From NCBI GenBank assembly GCA_002633005.1, contig NMRA01000414.1:62001-126000 (forward strand): a stretch of DNA of 64,000 nucleotides, in the 5' to 3' direction. Position numbers and translations under genes: made by a program. Positions within the stretch are counted from its first letter, which is position 1. Every line of letters begins with the position of its first letter. Under the pieces are notes generated by a model, which saw only the letters and a list, made by a program, of their open reading frames with translations, ran no database searches and was not told the DNA's origin. This DNA comes from Phoronis australis (Eukaryota > Animalia > Phoronida). This document shows, piece by piece, positions 12,877 through 25,700 of this stretch.

Positions 12877-15386
12877 GTAAGTGGTATGCGATAAGGAAGC
12901 CATGGCAACGCGTTCCCAGTAACGCCGAATATGTGTCTGTTGCGCCCCATTCATTGACACAACTGTATTGGAAACAATTTCTTTCTATGCAAAATATTCT
13001 TTTTGATTCCGTTAAGAATTCAAAACCCATTCGGCCGACCATTATGTCAATCAAAAATCGCAATCTTCAATCTCGAATAACTCAAGTTAGCGACAGTAAA
13101 TCTTCCCGTTGTGGTAATCAATAAACTCCATTTGGTCCATGGCTTTATCATGTATGATTAGGAACACTGACGCGCTACATTAAAAAAGAAAAACAAGCGT
13201 CCCCCAAAAAAACATGATCTACCGCGTGGCACGTGGCGGCTTTAAAGTGACATTATCGACGAGCAAAATGATTTTTAGATCAACTCCTGCGTCGTGGATT
13301 CGAATCTGGAACATTCGCTGTCGCTGTCTAAAATACTGTGATGGTGAAGCTCAACTTCTCTTGTGCAGTGGCGGAGAATTTTAAGCGTCGCATTCTTTTA
13401 GTTGATTTGAATGAATGTCTGCAGACAACGGCCAAAATTGGCAATTTGTAATGAAGTCACAAAAAACACGGCGGATTTCATGTTTTGTGCCTCTTATCTG
13501 ATCAAAGCTAATAACCCAGTTCAGAAAGTTTATCCCATCCAACGGTAATCCGTAGATGTCGCTGTAGTTCGTAAAAAGCTGACACCAACGTGATCTCGAT
13601 TCTGTCCGAAACAGAAATTCCATGCGCCATTTATATTGAAAGTTTCCACTGTTCAGTCATTAAGCGTTTATGAATTTGCTGGTGCTGCGACTTGCCTAAG
13701 GGTTGTGCAATCTCAAATGACTGCTCATTGATTATCGCACGCTTGAACGTCAAATAAGGGGCATCCACTATCTGTTCGTCCATTCTATTGATTTTTCAAT
13801 TACAACTTTCATTCAATTGCCATACCTGGAATCTGAGCAACGCGCTTTTGTGAGAAATTTCAAATGAATAAAGGGTCTGCTGTGTTGCTGAAGCCTCTCT
13901 TTGGACATTTTTTCCAAAAATACAAAAACCTCGTTTCTCTTATTTTTCAGTTTCATTCCGGAAGAAGGGTAAGGCGGTTACAGAGGCTGCACTTGACTGA
14001 CTTCGCCTGTTCCGACGATTCAACCGGCTAAGACATCGGATTGGTCTATAAACCGGATGTCGTCACCGAGGATCCAATCAGATGTCTCAGCCGGTTGACC
14101 TGGCGTAATCGGCGAAATCAATCAAGTGTACTCAAAGTCTGATGCTCTAGATATGACTTTAATTACCTATGTAGTTTCGCTGTTACTGTCATGTTTTGAT
14201 TTTACACAAATATAGCCTGGCATTAGGAGCAATAATTCGTAGTAGTTGTTCCTTTGAGAAAAATAAAGTATGGATTGCTTTTATTGCCCTTAGTAGCACA
14301 GTGCCATTCTGGTCGTGGTTACTATAGTGATCAACTGTAGGTGAGCGTTTGTTGAGTTTTATAGTTTTATTTGTCGATGGCGATATTTTTGATGTGCGAC
14401 TGAAGTGATGATCTCGGGGTAGGGGAAGGAAGACAGCCGCGGAGTTGTGTCGAGCTATCGTTGAGTCACGGTTGTAAGGCGACGCTTGTGGGGTATTACA
14501 AAGACCCTGACGACTGAGCTATTTTGTCTCCTTGGCGATTGCGAATGTCCGTGGATGTGACAGTTGTGCATATAGCTCCCATTGAAGCGTGTTGCTGATT
14601 TGCTGCTGGTCAAGATGACACGCGAGTGCCGATTACGTTAATCACCTTCGATTTCCTTAACTATACTGCGAACAATAATGAGACACAAAACGACAAATAC
14701 ATAGGCTTGGAGCGATTTTGGAAGCCTTAGTTAGTACCCGTTGTTGTACTCCGCAGGACATGTGAACGTTGTTTGGATGAAGGCAAGACATCGATCCAAA
14801 AAAAGTTCTAGCACTGCTGTGTAGTGAAAAACAAAAAATGCAGATGTTAGGCGTAACCAGAATCAAACAAAGGTAGAATTGTGCGTGATTGACTGACGAG
14901 AAGATTTTAAATGTCCGAATGTCCATGAAAGGGTTTGTCTGTCAACTCGTATCCTGGATAACATCGCGTTTACGTTATGCAACAAGAGCAATTTTACATC
15001 ACGCTATTCGTTCTTCATCAAGTTAACCTTGTCCTCCACCTACCTGGGGACCCATGTGTTGTCGACAACGTACAGAACATGTATTATTAAGTACCTGTAA
15101 TAGATTTCATTCGTATCAACTACATTCGGATCTGTTATTCGTCGTTGTTAACGTCCTCATCAATTGGTCCTCAAGGCAACTCTTGCAGCACTTCGCCTTT
15201 CTCGCCATAACAACAAATTGGACGAACTTGAAAATAGTCACTGGCGCATAGTGACAGATTGCCAAATGCTCCTGCGGCAAATTCGAAGTGTGCACTGACC
15301 GCATCGGATCGTTCCATTCATCCCAGCACGCTTTTAAAGCCTGTGTTAAAACTGAGCTGCGAGTCCGTCGCCTCATCGCCGTCAGT

Positions 15387-15574
15387 ATGAGCCGCAAAGC
15401 TAAGCGATTGGATTCATTTAAGGATGAGCTGGCGGACGTGGACCCCCCTATGATATCGTCCGGTGTTGACAACAGTTGGAAGAAAAAGAGTCGAATGTCA
15501 CGTTTAGCAAGCTCTTCCAGCAATTACGGATCACCGTCGCCGAGAAATCTAAAGGTTTTCCGCTTTGACTCCAG
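15387..15574 (+). CDS. ADGB: Candidate alternative first exon V8 (MSRKAKRLDSFKDEL...VFRFDSR)
   Basis: Protein-like basic/Ser-rich ORF; CAG|GTTTGA donor (weak) gives 188 nt = phase 2. Confidence 0.45.
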
Positions 15575-16359
15575 GTTTGACTCTTACATTTCCTGATTGA
15601 TGCTAGCAGTGAAGGGTATTTTATGGGCAACACTTTTGGAAACCCGATCGTGTTAAGCATTTAATGCATGTTTAGTGTCTCTGTTTAAACCGTTAATATT
15701 TTTAGTAGCCCAAAATATTCCACATCAGCGAGTGTATAGAGATGTAGATGGGTGCCGCCCCCCCCCGCNNNGCCCCCCCCCCCCCCCCAATCCAGCCATT
15801 TTATCGAGACAGTCGTTTTTAAGGCCATCGCGAACGCTTGTCTTTTAAACAACGTGGTAGCCTCCCCTTCGTAATATCATAGATCTGTCGTGGGTGAACG
15901 ATATGTAAATGTTGTCAATTCCACTGTTGATTTACGAAATACTCTGCTTACACCCTCGCAATGGAATTTTGAAATTCACGACAATGGCCTTTGATCGCAA
16001 CGTTTGCCTTTCACTGAGTACGAATGAGATAAAACATTTCAAAACAGAACTGTAAATAGATGAAACGTGTCGTGTATTGTTGGATTGTTTGTGCAAATTT
16101 CCGCTCAGTTGTATACTCTATTAGATTATGAAAAGGACAAAGTATAATGTATGAGATCTGGCGATTGTCCGGTGTCACTTGACGCAAAATCTATTCGTCA
16201 TTTGCATTCCACGTATCTCCTTGTGTTCAGTTTGCTACTCGTGCACAGTTCATTAAGAATCTTCGCTTTTGGATTTTTGTCCATTTAATAAAAGTATAAG
16301 CTATTTTATCACCCAATATAAACACTTCAAAACACCTTAGTACCCGTTTGCTAGTTTTC

Positions 16360-16487
16360 ATGACAGACGTGTATCGAAATATGGAATTCCAAGCCTGTCA
16401 GTTTTTAGCACGCTCGGCTGTTTCACTTACAGCTATGGAGCGCCTACAGGTGCATTTCTACGCGTTAAAATGTGCTCATTCAACGCG
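16360..16487 (+). CDS. ADGB: Candidate alternative first exon V9 (MTDVYRNMEFQ...CAHSTR)
   Basis: Three in-frame ATGs (16360, 16381, 16435) open to CG|GTAAGT; phase 2; composition less like the other candidates. Confidence 0.3.
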
Positions 16488-18756
16488 GTAAGTGGTTATT
16501 CTACGCGCAGAAATGGCCATGCACGTGCAGGTACTTTATTTCAGTATGAGCACTGAGTTTCGAAGATTGTTACAGATTTCTATAAAGTGAGGTACTGTTG
16601 ACTATGTCGAATAGCCGATTTCTATGCGTTAAAGAAGTACATATTAACACACGGTTTTCAGTTTAGAACCCTTTGACGTTTTACAGTTAGGCAACGCGTA
16701 AATTGAAGACACTCCTGATTTCTGAGCAAGTGAACATTCACGTTCACAAGATGGCGCCACTGCATGATTCCCAATAACGAGTTGCTTATTTAGACTCAGT
16801 AAATACAACTATTTGATCCTTTTATGAATTCGATTCATCTTCTGGTAGAAGCAATGGAATCCGTTACTGTTGCTATCTTGCTGACTTATTGTAGTTGGAC
16901 AGTTGACGTAAATAACGCAGTGATCAATGATCCCGCTAACCGAGTTAGAGAGTGGGACAAACTTGTTCACGGTTGGCGATGTCGGTTGAGAGGACAGATT
17001 CAGAGATAAGACAAAGGCAATAGCAACGAATAACATCGTGTAGAACATCACAATCGAAGGTTTAGCAGCGAAGCACAGCAATCTGCCACTGATTCTAACT
17101 AAAAGGCTAGGCAAGTGACGTGCAACACACATCCACAAAGAGAGTTAACATGCAGTTCTAGATTAAAATGAGTCACCCGAACGCGTTAACAGTTGGGATT
17201 CATTACGAAGCTCCATGGCCTGACACTTTTGTGATTGGCCGAGATGTTCATCACACTTCTCGACGAAGTCAGTATTTCTGATAATTCTTCGAAAAATGGG
17301 CTATCATTTCATACACTCCATTCTACAGTGGAAATCATGACATAATAGCTTCGCACAGTCATGTAAACATAAAAAATTGATGATTGTTTCCAAGCATTAA
17401 CACTGAGAACAAAAACATATACCATGATACGTTATATATGAATAGCTATACATAAAAGTGTAACCATTAGAATTTATTTTAACGTAGATTGTGAGATATT
17501 TAAGCTGATTACCACTTAAAAGTTTCTTATCTGAGATTGTTGGGTTTGCACCTCTGAAACTGCGATTATCGTCTCTTGTATTTTACGCGATGAGAATTTT
17601 TACATATCCGGTTGTACATTGCCATCCTGTCTAGGCGTACTGGCGTCAGGAGTCCGGCATCCGCTGTTGTATCTCCTTCATTTGTGTTGATACGAATGGC
17701 ATGAGGACGAGTTTTGGACACATACAACTGCCACTAGTGGCAATTTTACTTTTTATGTTTGCCAGAGTTTTGTCTGGTGTATTTTCATGAAATTTGGCAG
17801 TTAGTTTTCTATTGAGAAGACGACGATTTCATTTTTATTTTCGGACGGATTCAACGTATTCTGTGCCACTAAGAAGTCGTTTTTTATTTTTTTAGCATTT
17901 TCAAGTCCGTCGCCCGCCTCGGCTTTAACCGCCAAACCCCTTAAACGATCATTAAGGAACCAACAGATATGGTCTTGCTGAGATAACCACGGTTACATTG
18001 AATTTTGGGCGGGTCTAACAACTGTGCCCTCCGCCCAATGGTGATTTTGTCTTTTTGCGTCCACGGCTGAAACTCCTTATCTCCTTTTTGCGTCTCTGGC
18101 TGGGCCCTCCTGAACCACTTTGGGAACTTAGACAAGTGTATTCCTATTAATAATACGACAGGTGAACGAATCCTTGTACAATTTGATTTTTTACGTTTGC
18201 CAATGTACTTTGAAGTTCATGAAATTTGGCACACAGTTCGTGCAATTTAGCAAATAGTTCTCCATTATACACGGAGACGACGACGACTCCTTCCCATTTT
18301 CGGACCGCTTTGACGTATTTAGCGCCATATATTGGCCCACCTAGAAGCTGTTTGCTGTGCAGTCGTGGGCGCATTTCAATGCCCTGCTTGCTGTTTCGTA
18401 ATCTCATTGTAATGCCTTTGACCTATAGTGAAATGTCGAAAGCTGGATGTTTGTAAGGTGGCATTGACTCATTTTGAGCGTGACGGAAAATGGAAATTTT
18501 AATGAATTTGTACTGGAATTCCGGCTATCCTCATTTGCATTTTGTCTGTTCAAAGCTCGAGTTACAATATGAAACGCGACACTAATCGCTTATTTCCTAG
18601 TCAACCATATCAAATTTGATTTGCAAAATATTTTTTTTGTACGTGTATTAGTACATCTTTTTTATTATGACAATGGAGATTGTTTAATGACGTTCGTGTC
18701 ATTGACGTTTTTATTGATGAACATCATACAAATATATTGTGGGGCAATCAGTAGCC

Positions 18757-18851
18757 ATGGACTTGCGTCGACCGAAGACATCTTGCCAAACCGGCCGTAC
18801 GAACGCCCATCCCCATACGACTTTGCTATCAGCTAATCGACCTCAAAAAGA
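18757..18851 (+). CDS. ADGB: Candidate alternative first exon V10 (MDLRRPKTSCQTGRTNAHPHTTLLSANRPQKE)
   Basis: Strong Kozak GCCATGG; open to AAAAGA|GTGAGT, the same junction as the conserved exon 1; 95 nt = phase 2. Confidence 0.65.
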
Positions 18852-19785
18852 GTGAGTTCTGTGTAAATGCGTTCGAGAATTTTTCGTTTAGTTCTTCTTA
18901 TGATTGCGGGCTCATATACACAACACATCAGTAGTGAATAAGAAAAAAAATTCTTGTCACCATCTTCTAAAATATCAGCCTACATTTTAATCAAACTGTT
19001 ACTTTTAATTTTAGATGGGTACTATACGTGTTGGTTTGCCATCACCTACTGTACGAATGCTTCTTACATTCTCGCATAGTAAGAAACGAATTTTCTAAGC
19101 AATTTTAACAGGATGCAATGATATTCTAACGCCAATCATATAATTTTTGTTACTGAAAAGTAGCATTTGAAGTTTTAGAAACAAGAGTTATTATAAAACG
19201 GATTTTGTCTAGGATGACCCCTTTTGATAACATTTCGACAAATCATTGTTTCAAAATTATTTCTTATGTACGCTGTCAAATGATCTTATGTATGATATTT
19301 CTAAATGTCTGTTAAGAAATGTTTCTTTGCCGTGGCAAAACGTTCACGAATGCTTTATTTTTGACAACCATCTGTTTTACAGTCGGGGTACGCTAGGGTC
19401 ATCTGGCGTGTAAGCTAGCATGAATCTCTCGTCTTGAGCAACTAGAGGTGTGTCTTCGTGGTAATAAATTAATTCATATGTTACGGACTTTAATCCACTC
19501 GTAATTTGTAAGGAAATTGCGAATTAAATTCGTGTCTTTATCAACTGTTACCATATCGCGCAAGCCCTACTGGCAAACACAACGGATCACATGATAGCGG
19601 AGGTATTAGCAAGTCCTCTTGTGTCATCCTTAAAACTCGTCTGCTACCATGTTTCCGGGGGGAGCATTATTGTATCAAAATATGATCCTCGCATCTTTGT
19701 TTAACTTTTCACGTATTCAGCTTGCGGTTGTTTGTGTCGTTATTTGTTTTTGATTCAAACTTTCTAGTGTTAAATTGTATTTAAA

Positions 19786-19850
19786 ATGGCCCTTGGCCTG
19801 GTTAGAGGCGCGTTTCAAAGGAAAGCGCGTTTGCTCTGTCAACAGCGGGC
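19786..19850 (+). CDS. ADGB: Candidate alternative first exon V11 (MALGLVRGAFQRKARLLCQQRA)
   Basis: AAAATGG start, open to GC|GTAGGT; 65 nt = phase 2. Confidence 0.4.
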
Positions 19851-20671
19851 GTAGGTTTAGCGAGAGCTACTGTTGACAGCAAACACATTTGCATGCCTTC
19901 AGTGCAAATTCTAATTTAGTATTTATTTAACATTTCAACCTTTTATATCACACGACTATTCTCGACTTCTGAAAAGTGGGCTTAGGAGATCGAGCACTCG
20001 GGCCTAACTAACGTCAACCCCCAAGTGCTTATTCGGGAGGATTTTATGAAGTTCTTAACCTGGGGCCAGTTGGAAGTCTTATCACTCCGGCGTTTTATTA
20101 CTGCCTATCTTCAGTCGTGTTTTATTGTCCGATCAGAGGGTAAGACAATAACGCAATGCTGTGACCTAGCAAGGATTGAGCAGACGCGTCTCAGCGAATT
20201 CTGAAGGAGACAATAGTGCTGTTGGTGGTCATCAGAAAAGTCAACGATATTTTGATGACGCTCTTCGGCGAGTGAGATAAGAAACAATATGCTCAGATAA
20301 AATCGTTTTTTTGTACCTGTTCTTGTCACCGTCTAAGTTTTGGTTTTTTCTTGTTAAAAAACGAAAAGACGGAAATTGCTTGGTCATTTACGTGTATCGA
20401 CTTTATTTCGCGTTTGCTCGTTGTAATAGTCTTCGCGAAAGTAAACAATAGCGTTTCTTGTTCATCTGGACATGTGTACATATTGACTATCGATAAACAG
20501 TGTTCGATTTCCGTACTGCATCACTGTTTATCATTGAATATAACATGGTTGAGGAGTCTATAATCGCTTCAGAGGTCTCCCATTGTTTTGTGTATGTACA
20601 CCAATCCTTATCTACAGCAGTGTAACAGCGATCACCTGAATTTGATTTGGTTTAGCCCGTTTGACCGTGCT

Positions 20672-20685
20672 GTTGCCATGGTGAT
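20672..20685. promoter_or_regulatory. RFX X-box-like motif GTTGCCATGGTGAT
   Basis: Close to the X-box palindrome GTTGCCATGGCAAC; about 90 bp upstream of ATG 20775. Confidence 0.5.
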
Positions 20686-20774
20686 TGGATTGGTGTTTAA
20701 TGACCAGTGGAATTAGGAGCAGTTTTAACAATTGAGGGACTGTAACTTTTAATGAAGAGTGGATTCATTTGAAA

Positions 20775-21199
20775 ATGAGTCGCCGGGTATCAGGGCAGCC
20801 GTCAACTAGTTTGGCGGCGAAAAAGAACGACAACAGACGACGGACCTCAAGTAAAGACAGTTCACAGTTTGGGTTCATTCGCCTGCCGTCAGCGGCCGAG
20901 CCTCTTCCTATAAAGGAGGGAGACATTTACTACAAAACAACACGATGGTACCCGTCTGTTGTCGGCGAAGAAAACGAAGAGGTTTACATCTCAATAACTC
21001 GTGCGGATGGCGCCCCGGTAGCCCGCAGCTTCCCACGCTCGGCTGGCAAGGAGCACCGTGAGTCGGTCGAGCGCTCGGACTCTAGGCGCGGCTCGGTGAT
21101 GAGCGATAAGGCCCGGGATGAGGCGATATCTACTCCGTCCCCCGGGGATGATCACAGCAAACCGGAACACAGGCATGATAAGGACGACAGTAAGACAAG
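20775..21199 (+). CDS. ADGB: Candidate alternative first exon V12, long (MSRRVSGQPSTS...DKDDSKTR, 141 aa)
   Basis: GC-rich hydrophilic ORF becoming T-rich after AAG|GTTTGT; 425 nt = phase 2; a competing phase-1 GTAAGA donor lies at 21190. Confidence 0.6.
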
Positions 21200-21462
21200 G
21201 TTTGTGGGATGCTTACAGATTAATTGCCCCTGTTGGCTGGGTAGGGCTTATAAAGTCACTTTCAATCAGTTTAAAAGAGCTTTCGCATATCTTGTTTCTT
21301 CTTTTTCACGTTTTATATTCGTGGTTTTCAGTTTCTCTGCCATGTCATCACTGATCGGTCATTTCCTTTTGTGCAAGTTTTTGTCATCGACCTAGTACAT
21401 ACGTCCAGTTATAGGTGACCACGTACTCGGTTATTTTGTCAATTTGGTCGCAAGCGCGCATC

Positions 21463-21531
21463 TAGGCAATGACCATCGCCTCTGTTGGCCCGAACCAGGT
21501 TCGGGCCAACAGAGGCGATGGTCATTGCCTA
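21463..21531. mobile_element. 69-bp fully palindromic MITE with 9-bp target-site duplication
   Basis: TAGGCAATG...CGAACC A GGTTCG...CATTGCCTA perfect inverted repeat; GCGCGCATC on both flanks (21454-21462, 21532-21540). Confidence 0.8.
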
Positions 21532-22728
21532 GCGCGCATCCAGCCTAAAAAGTCTGGCTGCTCGAATTTTTTAGAATTTGGGCTTTTGCTGAGATTCACG
21601 GGGTACGTTTTAAGCTATGAATTGTGCATTCGACGAATTTTGGTAGTTCCTGCCTTTTTAGTTGATTTTTGTCTCGTTTTCTACGTTTTTCGGAGTCTTT
21701 GTTTCTCTGAAGCGGACCTTTTTGTCCACTTCGTCAAATGGGGGAGGGGGCTCGTTCGCGCCAACACCCCCCAAGCCCCCTTCGGTGCGCGCATGCAGAT
21801 CGTTATTATCATACTAACATGAAGTTAGGGAAATAAAACAAGTGGAAACTCCTATGATGCTAAATGTGTAGTAGTAGATTTCTCGCCAATTGCATGTGGT
21901 TGGTGGGTAATAGTATTAAGACCCTTCCCTTTGGAGAAAGCCGAGTCGGCCACTGAGGGGGACCGTCATTTTTTGAGATCCTGGCTTCCGGGGGGACATA
22001 CTTAGGCCAAAATAAAAAATGCGACCCATATTCATACCGAAGAGCTAGAATTTTGCCCCATCTCTTCACCTATGACATTAACCTATACCTCATCTGAAAA
22101 GGTCGCTTGTCAAAATGTATCCCTTATCCCGCTCACCGTCGCTAATTGGTGCCTTCGGACTAGTGGAATCACGAGAGACTGGAACCCGCATCACACCAAT
22201 ACTTTTATCAAGCAAAAGCAGTAACCTCCCAATTCGTTTTTATACTCATAATGGTTAAAAAGCCACCCAAGTTTATACCAGGAATTTGCCAGAAATGCAC
22301 AGGCACCTCGCCGGCCAGCTCGAGCCGGCACGTCCGCCGCTCATTCCCGGCCCACTACTGCCGGACTCCCCTCGTCAGTGCCTGAGGGACGGCATTGAGT
22401 GTTTCATTTAGATTATGTCGTTATGATATGAAAGAAATTTTCACCTAATTTACGTTATGCCATTTCGTAGTTAAAAAGCTAGCGATTTCACAATCGTCGC
22501 TTCAAAAGATTTGTGGTTACGACCAGTTATCGTCGGCTGGGCGCTTTCATTCTGGGCTTGAGTTCAGTGTTCAAATATGGAACAAGATGTGTGGTTTGCA
22601 CTATTTCACCTAGGTGGCGCAACCTATTCGAGTTCACGCTCTTCGGAGTCAAAGCATGGCAACGGAATGAGATGTTTCGCTTTGAATTTGACGTGTGTTG
22701 CGTTAAAAAATAGTATACTTAACTACAG

Positions 22729-22793
22729 ATGGCTTCCAGACAAGCTAAGAAGAAAGATTCGGGTAACCGCGTAAGCTCTGGAGGAGCAAAAGA
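22729..22793 (+). CDS. ADGB: ADGB conserved first coding exon (MASRQAKKKDSGNRVSSGGAKE)
   Basis: Resembles recalled human N-terminus MASKQTKKKE; GA|GTGAGT donor, phase 2. Confidence 0.85.
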
Positions 22794-25700
22794 GTGAGTG
22801 CTTGCTTCGTAAAACTTTGTTGACTCTTTGGTTGGATACAAGATGGCGGCCCTCGATGTTCTTTCAAAAGCAAAGTTTACTCAATCGTTCACTGGTTGTG
22901 TACTTAATCGACTAAAATAACAATGGTGTATTAGGACAACCTGTTATCCCATTTATACTTGAGATTCACCAATCCATCAGTCTTCGCTGATTCCGAAGTT
23001 GCATTGTCACAGACAACTGACTAGTGTTGACCAAACTTACAGAGTCACTTGTCGCGAACGGCTGCGGTCGCTGACTTTGTACCGTAACTAGCAATGCGTC
23101 TTTACGTGACAGCACAGTCCGTATCAACATAATAACAATGTTTTAAATAAAATAATTCCTCGTATATAAGCTTGGGATTCCGGTCGTGTGTTTTCGAGAC
23201 TGACATTTTGACGTAGGTGTAGGAAGTGTGTGCTGTGTGTCCAGTTCATTATTTTGAAATTCAGAAGTGAACACTGTCACTGATTTTTTTCTTTATCATT
23301 TTTAAATGAAGTATTTAGTAAATGCCTTCAACTCTTATTCAACTGTACTGTGCAAAATCTAAGTATTTGTTGAAGCCATGTCTATGTCTGTAGGTATGCC
23401 AGTATTTCAAATTAAGTAATTTCATCCAGGACAAATGTGTTACTTTCTATCAACACGTTTCCATGCCGAAAATTCTGTTATTTTGATGATAGTTTTCTTG
23501 TTGGTAAGACGAGTATAAGCATCCATGCTGAGGATGCAATGAACTTTAGTTCTTTAAATTAGATTTACAACTGAATGAAAAGACTCTTAGTTCGTTCTGC
23601 ACCTCCTCTGATTTCAGTGCTGAAACTTTCAATGTTGCTTTAATAGGCTATTTCCGAGTATTTTAAAGACCACTAAGTCCTTTAATATGTAATTATAGAC
23701 AGTCATCAGAGGCCTGTTTCATGAAAGCGACATAAGACTTTTGACAGAAATTTGGTCTTGTGCTGCCACTTCATCACAATTGCTAAAAAATGTCCCTAGC
23801 TTTGAGGAAAAGATGAGCGCGCCACAGTTTATAAATAAGATATAGAAATTGTCTCAGTAACCTGCAGTTATGTGTATACTCTCAGAGGTCTTGCACTTTA
23901 GCTCAAGTGATACTTATTTTTCATCCTAGTTGTGTGGAGCCTGCGACTACACGAAACAGGCCTATACAAAACTGTGAATGTTCAGTTCAAATCAGATGCA
24001 GCTTATTTAGATGTACGATGACGTTCTTATTTTTAAAATTGGGTCTGTAAGAGAAGGCATGAACAAGTCTGTCCTTTTCAAAATTACAGAGTTCCCATAT
24101 ATGTTAAACAGGCAGTGTTCTTTAAGTTCACTGACAAGATTGTTGATAAAGTTGGGAGTTGGGTACTGTGTTAATGTGCACTTAAGCTCACCCTGAAACT
24201 CTATTTAAGAATTTATCCTGGAGTTCAATTGAAGTTTCTCATGAATTATGAATGGCTGATTGTTTCCTTTCACTCTGTTGTTCACTGCTGTTGTGCTCGT
24301 CCAATGAGTAGTTCTGCAACGTCCATTGTTTCTTGGACAAAAAATGTTTTGTTGTGGAATTGTACAGGCAGTTGTTGTGTTATGCCGTCTGGTAAACCTT
24401 CCGCGTAAACTTTCTCTCAGAGCTGCCATTCTGAAATATTGACACAGTTTGATTGCAGGCAGAATCTCCATATTTGTTCTAGGCTGTCTCGAGCGAACCA
24501 ACCATTGTTGATATAATTTACGGCCTTACTTTTGCGCTATTCATTCCTACGGCCTCTGATAACGGGTTGGGCTTTTGGTGTTGATGCCAATTTGAATGGT
24601 TAGTTTTTCAATTCCTCCTGGAGTATGGCAGACTTGGTTAAACTTTTCTCGAGCTGTTGAGTTCAGATTTGTGGCCGAGCAATGACATCCCAACACAACA
24701 CCGCAAAGCACAGGTAAAAAGGGTACTCAGTAATTGTGATATATTTTTATTGTGACTGTTTTGAATAGGTACTGTGGATATGCTTACACGATTACATTCA
24801 ATGGGGTTAAACCTCATGAATGGGGCTACTGTATGTGCTGTGGTATACTACAGATTATTAGAAATAGAATACCGTTATGTTAATTATGTGGTACCAAATA
24901 TTGAGTGTTTTTATGACACTGCACTTGTTTCAATGTGCTGGTGAACTTTGAGCCGTTTATTTCAAGAAATTGTGTATCGCTTTGATGTATTGTTCAGTTG
25001 GCGTTTATGTGTCTCTCCGTTCAAAGCAGAATGGACTTGTCATTTATTCCATGAACATTATTGAAATTTGAACAGAATTTTGGCCATTCTCGTCATAGTT
25101 CAAGCAGGTAATTCACAATCGCTTTTTAACCTCAGGCATGAAAACCTGTTTGATGAACTAGAATCTTGGCTTTTTTAATTATGTAAAATTTGTATTAGAT
25201 TTTTAGACATTTTATTTCTCCTTCCAAGTTATTTTTAATCTTGTGCACAAAGCTATCACTGTGTTGTAATGTGCTCGTATTTTGGTATTTAATTGACATA
25301 TTACAAATTGGGTGATTTGTTTTTTTTTTTGGAACACATTTGTAAATTCACTGCACATGTATTAAAAACAGCTGTGTCCAGACAGGCAGATTTCATCTGC
25401 GGCAAAAACTTATTTACTAGCGGTACTGATAATGGTTTTTCAAATGAATTGTGGATGGTTGTCAGCTCACTTAAACATCCGCCGGCATCACTGCAAAGGT
25501 GGAGATTTGAAAACCTGGGTTGTGTTCCGTAGACGCAAGAATTTAGCGAGTAAAGCTTGTGTGATCTTGTGTTTTGCTTGTAATGGGTTTGCGATATCTC
25601 GTGAAGCCATGCATAATCTTGCATTTTTGCGAGTTTCTTGGGTCTACGCAACACAAGCCTGGTGTTTTAGGTGGCGTGATAGCACGACACATGCTTGAGG

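Noticed and set aside
15116-15523. 135-aa minus-strand ORF
   Set aside because: Largely the antisense shadow of the GC-richer + strand candidate exon at 15387; no motifs.
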